63,044 bases of DNA from an uncultured Thermoplasmata archaeon. Lineage in GTDB: Archaea; Thermoplasmatota; Thermoplasmata; WALJ01. The stretch's first letter is position 1; every line of letters begins with the position of its first letter. Made by a program: the position numbers and the translations under genes. The notes under the pieces are model-generated. The model searched no databases. It had not been told where the DNA came from and saw only the letters and a program-made list of their open reading frames with translations. Where the stretch lies: positions 1 through 63,044 of the forward strand of contig CAYYXK010000003.1 of NCBI GenBank assembly GCA_964475625.1. The letters are read 5' to 3'. Shown here in pieces: positions 7,396-13,777 of the stretch.

Positions 7396-10185
7396 ATGGT
7401 TTTGATACATGTCGGAGAGCTTTCAATTGGAACATCTCCGTTGAACAACGACACGGACGGAGACAACATAACCGACGGAGACGGACTCACTGACTCTCAG
7501 GAAACATACACGAGGACATTCACAATAGACAGCAGGTACACACTCTCATCGGACAGAACGATATCTCTGAACGCGAGGGTCAGCAATTCCGCAGTGGAAT
7601 CCGTATATGTGCGCTTCGGACTCTCCGGCGTCAGCAATACAAAGGTCACTCTCACCCTCGAGAGCCCGGACGGAATCTCCGAGGAGATATACAACAATAC
7701 GCCCTCCTCGGGCTACCTTTTCAACTCCACGGACATAACCTCAATGACATCCGATTATTCCGGAACATGGAAGCTTACCGTAAGCTTAAACTCTCATTCA
7801 CCAAGCAAGATGCTCGAGGACTTCACCCTCACATTCACAATGAAAACCTCACCGGTAAATGATGATTGCGACGGCGACGGCCTCTACGACGGAGAGGAAG
7901 CCACCCCTGGAGAGGACGGATACATAACCGATCCCAACCTTGCAGACACAGACGGTGACGGTCTGTGGGACGGCTATTACACGGGCAATTCCGCAATCTC
8001 TCCGCCTCCCGGAGAAGAATCATATGGAACAAACCCCTTGAACCCGGATACGGATTCCGACGGAGTATCGGACGGCGACGACTTGGCGAAAACTTCAAAC
8101 ACCATGATGAGGATAACCATAAAGAACATCCAGATAAAGAATTCTCCGCCGGATGTCAATGAAGCAAAGGTGCAGGTCATCATCCATGTGAAATCCGGAC
8201 CCGTTAATGCGACCTACATAACGACACATATCGTAATTAAAGACCTCACCAACGGTTCGGGCAGCAAATCACTTGACATAACATATTTCCTCGACATGTC
8301 CGACATCATGGGTGCGACTCATCATTTCGATGTTTACCTTTACAGATACTTAGATCAGGATTCCTATCTGATGAACATAGAAGGTCCTTCCACGGATTAT
8401 TCATACGACTGGCAGACCAACGCAAACGGCGGTATGGAGTATATCAATCTCAATCCCAACGGAGATAACGCATCTCTTCTAATCCATGTTGAGATGGATG
8501 AGCAGCCGAGAAACGATGTTTTCGCATTTTATACCCCGGATATGGCCGTAAATGCAAAGATAGGATCGGAACCTCTGAGATATCTCGGCACATCCTCTTA
8601 CTATGTTTTCATATTGAACACAACCAAGGATTCTTCCGACTCCACCATCCAAGCAGGTATGAACAACACAATCATCGTCCCCTCTTCCATCTTCACCAAC
8701 TCCTACTTCTACCAGCATGAAATTCTCGAAGGCGACGGAGCCACCAACTGGCCGAACCTAACCTTCTACGGCGACAACGAATCATCGGACAGCACAACCG
8801 CTCACATATCGGGAATCATAACAGGCAATCTGACAGGAGACGAAGTCCTCGAACTTCTAACCGAACTCTCAAAGAACACAACCGGAATAGTAACATACAA
8901 TTACTCTCTCGAAGACCCGACACAGCTCAATCTTCCCCCGGATGCACTCAAACTGGTTCCGTTCTCCGGATATGTGAAAAAGCTAGACGGCAAAACGGTC
9001 ATTCTGAAAAATGCCCGGACATCCGATATTCAGGAGCCCCCGACCATCTCCGCAAACGGAGGATATGACACGGTAAACGGATTGATGGACTCGATCAAAC
9101 AGAAATTGCAGGGTGCCGTCAATCTCGGCATCTCCGTCGGAACAGCGGTCTGGGACAAAGCCGTAGACCTTGGAACCGAACTCGCTCACATAGTCTGCTC
9201 GGCAATAACCGCAGTCGCAGTAAAATTCACGGAATTCGTTGTCCAGCTGGGAAAAGCAATAATCGACTTCGGTAAAAAGGTCATAGGAGCCTTCGAAAAA
9301 GCCATGGCCGAAGTAAAGGCAGCGGTTGATAAGGTCGTGGATGTCATCGGCGCACTCTTAAACTCACTCGTCGAAATGGCAAAAAGCATGTTCAACAGCA
9401 TGATAGAGAGCATCCGAAATGCAATACACGACTGGTATATCGGAATAGTCGATGTGGTCGAAAGAATAGTCAATGCAAGCAGTGATGAAGAAGCGATGCA
9501 GCTGGGAGTTGAGTTGTTCAGAGCCACATTCGGAAGCATATTACCTTATGCGATGGCTCTGGTGATAGGCATTGAAGCCGCAATAATGATAATCCAGGGA
9601 CTCAGCGGCGGGCTTACCACCCTTATCTTGCCTCTTATAGCCATGGTCATTATAACCGCGTTCTCCAGCAATGCCGAGCTTCCCGGCAATGTGAACATAG
9701 ATTCGGACCTCACTTTCGAAGGTCTGGTCAATTGGGTTGCGGACAATATGGAAGGAGGAGGAAGCAGCGACAACAGCGAAGAATGGAACCGAGCTTTGGT
9801 ATCCGTTGTTATAGGCGGTTTTGCCACCTTGCTGGCTCTAACAGGATATACCATATCTTGGTATAACACAAAATTAGACGACATGTATAATCGTAGAAAC
9901 ACAATGGTAAAAGAAGAAATGGGTGAGAAGGCAAGCCAAGCAGCTATATTATTAGGATTTCTCAGCATGATACTGTCCGTATCCACAGTGAATGATGTGC
10001 TGATATCCGAAGATGCAAGAGCAGAGTTGAATCTATGGAGCTCCGTACTTGCTGGAATGGGAATCATTCTATCCATTGTCGGTATGTTATTAAATCCAAG
10101 CGCACTAGGAGCCGGTGGAATCATATTGGATTTCTTCGCTCTTATCATGTCTGGAGCCGGTTTAGCACTCTCGGGGGGTCTTTAG
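7396..10185 (+). CDS. Large cassette-array protein C: TSP3-like repeats, P-domain-like jelly roll, unknown beta domain, S/T-rich linker, conserved ~105-aa module, helical segment, divergent multi-TM C-terminus
   Basis: The ORF is open from 7258 (975 aa). The first in-frame ATG past the upstream gene is 7396 and the true start is uncertain. Motifs: NNDTDGDNITDGDGLTD, DDCDGDGLYDGEE, DTDGDGLWDG, DTDSDGVSDGDD. VYVRFGLSGVSNTKVTLTLESPDGISEEIY resembles a proprotein-convertase P-domain. The module starts at Met468 (nt 8659). The C-terminal 280 aa hold about 6 hydrophobic segments. No signal peptide is visible. Confidence 0.7.
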   Translation: MVLIHVGELSIGTSPLNNDTDGDNITDGDGLTDSQETYTRTFTIDSRYTLSSDRTISLNARVSNSAVESVYVRFGLSGVSNTKVTLTLESPDGISEEIYNNTPSSGYLFNSTDITSMTSDYSGTWKLTVSLNSHSPSKMLEDFTLTFTMKTSPVNDDCDGDGLYDGEEATPGEDGYITDPNLADTDGDGLWDGYYTGNSAISPPPGEESYGTNPLNPDTDSDGVSDGDDLAKTSNTMMRITIKNIQIKNSPPDVNEAKVQVIIHVKSGPVNATYITTHIVIKDLTNGSGSKSLDITYFLDMSDIMGATHHFDVYLYRYLDQDSYLMNIEGPSTDYSYDWQTNANGGMEYINLNPNGDNASLLIHVEMDEQPRNDVFAFYTPDMAVNAKIGSEPLRYLGTSSYYVFILNTTKDSSDSTIQAGMNNTIIVPSSIFTNSYFYQHEILEGDGATNWPNLTFYGDNESSDSTTAHISGIITGNLTGDEVLELLTELSKNTTGIVTYNYSLEDPTQLNLPPDALKLVPFSGYVKKLDGKTVILKNARTSDIQEPPTISANGGYDTVNGLMDSIKQKLQGAVNLGISVGTAVWDKAVDLGTELAHIVCSAITAVAVKFTEFVVQLGKAIIDFGKKVIGAFEKAMAEVKAAVDKVVDVIGALLNSLVEMAKSMFNSMIESIRNAIHDWYIGIVDVVERIVNASSDEEAMQLGVELFRATFGSILPYAMALVIGIEAAIMIIQGLSGGLTTLILPLIAMVIITAFSSNAELPGNVNIDSDLTFEGLVNWVADNMEGGGSSDNSEEWNRALVSVVIGGFATLLALTGYTISWYNTKLDDMYNRRNTMVKEEMGEKASQAAILLGFLSMILSVSTVNDVLISEDARAELNLWSSVLAGMGIILSIVGMLLNPSALGAGGIILDFFALIMSGAGLALSGGL
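8636..8973 (+). repeat. Conserved module, copy C, internal to the full-length-like gene
   Basis: CCGACTCCACCATCCAAGCAGGT + ATGAACAACACAATCATCGTCCCC... through PFSGY, 315 nt from the Met. Confidence 0.85.
9111..9344 (+). repeat. Gene-conversion tract, copy in protein C (helical segment GAVNLGISVGTAVWDK...KAAVDKVVDV)
   Basis: 9111-9329 is identical base for base to 11221-11439 (219 bp). One mismatch follows, then 14 more identical bases. The flanking linkers on the 5' side are unrelated. Confidence 0.9.
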
Positions 10186-10187
10186 TA

Positions 10188-10715
10188 ATGGTTAAAATAA
10201 ATTATATATTGAAAAGCTCATACGTTGGCACGATGAGGTCCATGTTATTATTATTTATTTTTATGGATTTTCTGGGTCTGTATTTCATTTTATCCATTAT
10301 CGGGCGAGTGAGTATTCTTTATCCGATACTCTTATTTATTTATATCATATTATCAAATATTTTTTATTTCTTTTATTTATTAGATATATTTGAGCCATAT
10401 ATCATCGAAATAGAAGGCAAAAGTCTAAAAATAATAACAAAAAGAAAAAGAGTATTGAGAGAATTTGATATCTGTAAAGTCAAGGTTCCGTTAATTAGTC
10501 TAAAGATAGATTTTCATGATAAGTTTATAAAAAAGAACAAAGGTGTTTATATGTACTTCTCAGATGACCTAAGACATGGCATTTCTATAGGAAAAGGGTT
10601 CATACGATATGGCAGAATCCCCATGCGCGAAGCCGTAGAGATTGAGAACTGGATAAAAGAATGGAAGAAAAAGCTCTGTGAAACGAACACAAACAAAGGA
10701 GGTGACGAGAGATAG
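10188..10715 (+). CDS. Small 2-TM + beta-rich membrane protein; candidate cognate partner or immunity protein of protein C
   Basis: ATG at 10188 lies 2 nt after the protein C stop (TAG 10183-10185), with GGGGGG upstream. The 10035 track start would overlap protein C and is rejected. TM hairpin MLLLFIFMDFLGLYFILSII / ILYPILLFIYIILSNIFYFFYLL, then YIIEIEGKSLKIITK...FDICKVKV. Very AT-rich. Confidence 0.6.
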   Translation: MVKINYILKSSYVGTMRSMLLLFIFMDFLGLYFILSIIGRVSILYPILLFIYIILSNIFYFFYLLDIFEPYIIEIEGKSLKIITKRKRVLREFDICKVKVPLISLKIDFHDKFIKKNKGVYMYFSDDLRHGISIGKGFIRYGRIPMREAVEIENWIKEWKKKLCETNTNKGGDER

Positions 10716-10776
10716 AGCCGAGATACAGCTTTTCATCGGACGAAGCAATATGTCACGCCTCCTCCGACCCCACCCA

Positions 10777-11107
10777 CTCCATCGAATCCGGAATGAACAA
10801 CACAATCATCATCCCCTCCTCCATCTTCACCAACTCCTACTTCTACCAGCATGAAATCCTCGAAGGCGGCGGAGCCACCAACTGGCCGAACCTCACATTC
10901 TACGGAGACAACGAATCATCGGACAACACAACCGCCCACATATCCGGAATCATAAGCGGAAATCTGACAGGAGACGAAGTCCTCGAACTTCTAACCGAAC
11001 TATCGAAGAACACAACCGGAATAGTAACATACAATTACTCTCTCGAAGACCCGACACGGCTCAATCTGCCCCCGGACGCACTCAAACTCGTTCCTTTCTC
11101 AGGCTAC
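10777..11107 (+). repeat. Conserved module, copy D
   Basis: Same 315-nt module. The 5' flank is shared with copy B and the body is shared with copies C and E. Confidence 0.85.
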
Positions 11108-12238
11108 GGATACCTCATAGACACATATGTAAAACTCAGCAATTCTCCCACCGGGCAGCTTCCGCAGTCAAGGTCAATAGGAGGAAATACTCCCGACAGC
11201 TGGCTCGGCGATCTGGCCAAGGGTGCCGTCAATCTCGGCATCTCCGTCGGAACAGCGGTCTGGGACAAAGCCGTAGACCTTGGAACCGAACTCGCTCACA
11301 TAGTCTGCTCGGCAATAACCGCAGTCGCAGTAAAATTCACGGAATTCGTTGTCCAGCTGGGAAAAGCAATAATCGACTTCGGTAAAAAGGTCATAGGAGC
11401 CTTCGAAAAAGCCATGGCCGAAGTAAAGGCAGCGGTTGAGAAGGTCGTGGATGTGATAGCCTCGTTTATAGACTGGGTTACAGAAGTAATAAAACAAGCA
11501 TTTTCAGACATATTGAAGCCTCTCCTTGACGCAATAGAATCCATAAAACAAGATATGATTGATGCTGGAAAGTACATTCTGGAAAATCTTGATAGATTAA
11601 GTCCGGGAGAAATACAATCTCGTCTTACTAGGGCCCTGCATCCGGAAATTATTATACCTTTATTCATCGGAATAACGGTCACTTCCGTTCTTCTAACAAT
11701 AGCCGCCAAGGTTGGAACAATGGGTACAGACTTTATTTTTGGAATATTGTTGGGTATCATAGTGGGTGCCGCTTCATATATGGTGGAACAGGCAGTATTT
11801 TCAATGTCATCTGCCGAAGACTGGCTTATTGATAAAATACAGGATGCCGAACCTTCGGAAGAGATATCAGAATATGTGGCTCTTATAAGTCTACTTTTTT
11901 CATCATTACATAAACTAATAGATAGCTTGTTTTTCGACAACCGTTTAAAAACTACAGGGGGGTTCGTTCTATCACTAATTTCGGTAATTTTGGTTTTAAG
12001 CGGTTTAATATATGAAGACACAGTCTCACAAGCAATAATTTCTATTTTTTCTATGGTTATAGGCGTTGAAAGTGCATATCAAAGTCTTAAAGGCATAGCA
12101 GGTCCAAAAATAGGAACAATACCCGGATTGCTGGGATTTGCAGGTTTTTGTATAGGGACTCTGTCATCTTCGGCTGCTTTTTTCACTTTTATAGCATCAT
12201 TCGGTCCAAATACGAAATCAATAAAGAGAGGTTCGTGA
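10793..12238 (+). CDS. Cassette-array protein D (orphan-like copy): conserved module, helical segment, then a divergent multi-TM C-terminus, with no N-terminal repeat region
   Basis: 481-aa ORF that starts exactly at the module Met. About 30 nt of the S/T/P-linker coding sequence is still recognisable upstream without a start codon; the frame is open only from 10706. The module is ~90% identical in DNA to 8659-8973. Tract 11221-11439 is 100% identical to 9111-9329. The C-terminus diverges after VVDVI. Confidence 0.7.
   Translation: MNNTIIIPSSIFTNSYFYQHEILEGGGATNWPNLTFYGDNESSDNTTAHISGIISGNLTGDEVLELLTELSKNTTGIVTYNYSLEDPTRLNLPPDALKLVPFSGYGYLIDTYVKLSNSPTGQLPQSRSIGGNTPDSWLGDLAKGAVNLGISVGTAVWDKAVDLGTELAHIVCSAITAVAVKFTEFVVQLGKAIIDFGKKVIGAFEKAMAEVKAAVEKVVDVIASFIDWVTEVIKQAFSDILKPLLDAIESIKQDMIDAGKYILENLDRLSPGEIQSRLTRALHPEIIIPLFIGITVTSVLLTIAAKVGTMGTDFIFGILLGIIVGAASYMVEQAVFSMSSAEDWLIDKIQDAEPSEEISEYVALISLLFSSLHKLIDSLFFDNRLKTTGGFVLSLISVILVLSGLIYEDTVSQAIISIFSMVIGVESAYQSLKGIAGPKIGTIPGLLGFAGFCIGTLSSSAAFFTFIASFGPNTKSIKRGS
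11221..11454 (+). repeat. Gene-conversion tract, copy in protein D
   Basis: See 9111-9344. A 40-bp sub-box GAAGTAAAGGCAGCGGTTGAGAAGGTCGTGGATGTGATAG is also identical in copy A (660-699). Confidence 0.9.
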
Positions 12239-12247
12239 GGTAAGTAT

Positions 12248-12754
12248 ATGAATAATAATACAAAAATATATCTTAGAAATATAATATATAAAGAAAGATT
12301 TCTTTTTAAGAAAGTAGTGGATTGTTTAGAGCTTCCACTCATTGCTTTTTTAACTCTTTTTGTTAATGCTTACTCACATACTCTTTCAAATCCAATAGAG
12401 AAAAATTTATTTTTATATTCTTCATATATACTGCCTATTATATGGTTAACTTTTTTCTTATGGGGTCTTTCTATAAAAGCAATTGTTTACGAAAACGGCA
12501 TTTACTCCAATTACTCCCTGAAATACCGAGGTACATGGCATTTCAAGGATGTCGAAGATATTTATGTCGCACCATTCCCTTACGGAGGAAAAAAGATGAG
12601 GCAGGTCGTTCTTCTCCTGAAAAACGGGGAGGAAAAGACCGTCATAGCATATGATAAGGATGCCGTCATAGATCGGTTCTATGAAGAGGCAAAAAAGGCA
12701 TTTGAGGCATACAAATCAAAAAATAAAGGTGAAAGTGATGATATACATATATGA
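12248..12754 (+). CDS. Small 2-TM + PH-like membrane protein; candidate cognate partner or immunity protein of protein D
   Basis: 168-aa ORF starting 9 nt after the protein D stop. TM hairpin LPLIAFLTLFVNAY / LFLYSSYILPIIWLTFFLWGLSI, then AIVYENGIYSNYSLKYRGTWHFKDVEDIYV...VVLLLKNGEEKTVIAY and a C-terminal helix. Homologous by eye to the 2173-2640 product. Confidence 0.6.
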   Translation: MNNNTKIYLRNIIYKERFLFKKVVDCLELPLIAFLTLFVNAYSHTLSNPIEKNLFLYSSYILPIIWLTFFLWGLSIKAIVYENGIYSNYSLKYRGTWHFKDVEDIYVAPFPYGGKKMRQVVLLLKNGEEKTVIAYDKDAVIDRFYEEAKKAFEAYKSKNKGESDDIHI

Positions 12755-12854
12755 AGAGTACATAAGCAACGATTTTCCGGCTATATCGGGATATTTACAA
12801 CAGAACACAGACCTACCCCCCTTCACCTCCCCCGACTCCACCATCCAAGCAGGT

Positions 12855-12980
12855 ATGAACAACACAATCATCATCCCCTCCTCCATCTTCACCAACTCCT
12901 ACTTCTACCAGCATGAAATCCTCGAAGGCGGCGGAGCCACCAACTGGCCGAACCTCACATTCTACGGAGACAACGCATGA
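12855..12980 (+). pseudogene. Truncated fifth copy (E) of the conserved module: first 40 codons only
   Basis: 12855-12975 is 121/121 identical to 10793-10913. The 26 nt upstream (12832-12857) match copy C (8636-8661), not copy D. Homology stops at 12975 and a TGA follows at 12978-12980, 6 nt before the stop codon (12987-12989) of the convergent neighbour. Confidence 0.8.
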
Positions 12981-12986
12981 AACCTT

Positions 12987-13424
12987 TCACTCGAACAGTA
13001 TCTCTATCCTCTTAACCCTTGAAACCGGAACCCTTTCCCTTCCCTTTTTGACGAGGCTTATCAGCTCCATCTTTTTCATTACCATCAGGTCGTAGTAGAT
13101 GTTCTTGTAGTCGCGGGAGAGCGCTGAAGCGAGCTCCTTGATGGATGACACCCTGTTCTTCTGAAGATAATCCAGTATCTCAACCCTCGATTCCCCCAGA
13201 ACCGAGAAAATGGAATAATCGTGGAACACCGTTTCCTCCTCCATCTCGGCCCCTTTGAGGAGCGCTCTCAGCATCTCATAGTCGTCCACGACCGAAGGAG
13301 ATGCGCACTTACCGATGGAGGCTTTCTGACCGAGGGAATCCACGGAGCCGTAGCGAGTTATAAGTTCATCGGCCTTCTCCTTCACATAGTCGCCGTCCAC
13401 CCTGTTCTTTATCAGAACCTTCAT
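12987..13424 (-). CDS. Winged-helix DNA-binding protein, HVO_A0114/TumA-like putative antitoxin or regulator
   Basis: 145 aa. The C-terminal part, RVEILDYLQKNRVSSIKELASALSRDYKNIYYDLMVMKKMELISLVKKGRERVP, is a typical ArsR-type wHTH. ATGA overlap with the upstream gene. Confidence 0.5.
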   Translation of the reverse strand: MKVLIKNRVDGDYVKEKADELITRYGSVDSLGQKASIGKCASPSVVDDYEMLRALLKGAEMEEETVFHDYSIFSVLGESRVEILDYLQKNRVSSIKELASALSRDYKNIYYDLMVMKKMELISLVKKGRERVPVSRVKRIEILFE

Positions 13425-13777
13425 ACGAGGTCCTCCAGCGACATGGCGGCAAGGTTCCTCCTGAATATGCGGACCAGCCTCTCTATCTCATCCAGTTCCT
13501 TCTCAGGCGTGTTCATCTGTTCAAGGAGAGCACCGTTCTCATCGTACCTGTCAACATGGGGCTGCTGCTGAAAGTTATCCCACCGGACATAGGGCATCCA
13601 TCCCCTTCTGGTCTCCACCATGTATGTGTAGCTGTAGTACTTCCTCCGGTTCTCGTCGTATACCTCCAGAGAATCGACCACCTCGTTCCTGTGGACGTAT
13701 ATCCTCTTTTTCAGCACCTTCATTGCCACGGCATGGGATATACACTTTGATATAACAGCTTTCCTACATCCTTTCAA
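13421..13777 (-). CDS. DUF6516/TumE-like putative toxin
   Basis: About 100-118 aa. KYYSYTYM...YVRWDNFQQQPHVDRYDENG resembles the YSYHW...RYDNAPHH signature of that family, from memory only. The start may be the Met at 13723 rather than 13777. Confidence 0.4.
   Translation of the reverse strand: MKGCRKAVISKCISHAVAMKVLKKRIYVHRNEVVDSLEVYDENRRKYYSYTYMVETRRGWMPYVRWDNFQQQPHVDRYDENGALLEQMNTPEKELDEIERLVRIFRRNLAAMSLEDLV

Noticed and set aside
9546-10148. Long antisense ORFs across the cassette genes (also 392-766, 1097-1360, 9186-9539, 11296-12021, 11174-11497)
   Set aside because: They lie opposite ORFs with clear paralog conservation. Their products are low-complexity mirror images (S/A/I/T-rich), and they have no independent start context. 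They are shadow ORFs.
10035-10187. Upstream extension of the small membrane-protein ORF (track start 10035)
   Set aside because: It overlaps the last 150 nt of protein C in another frame. The ATG at 10188 follows a G-rich Shine-Dalgarno and mirrors the tight stop-to-start spacing of the other cassettes.
1-12986. Possibility that the repeated boxes are a CRISPR array, a DGR template/variable-repeat pair or IS termini
   Set aside because: The repeats are coding and spaced irregularly by 2-6 kb. They are not flanked by short unique spacers. No Cas, reverse transcriptase, transposase or integrase ORF is present, and there are no inverted terminal repeats.
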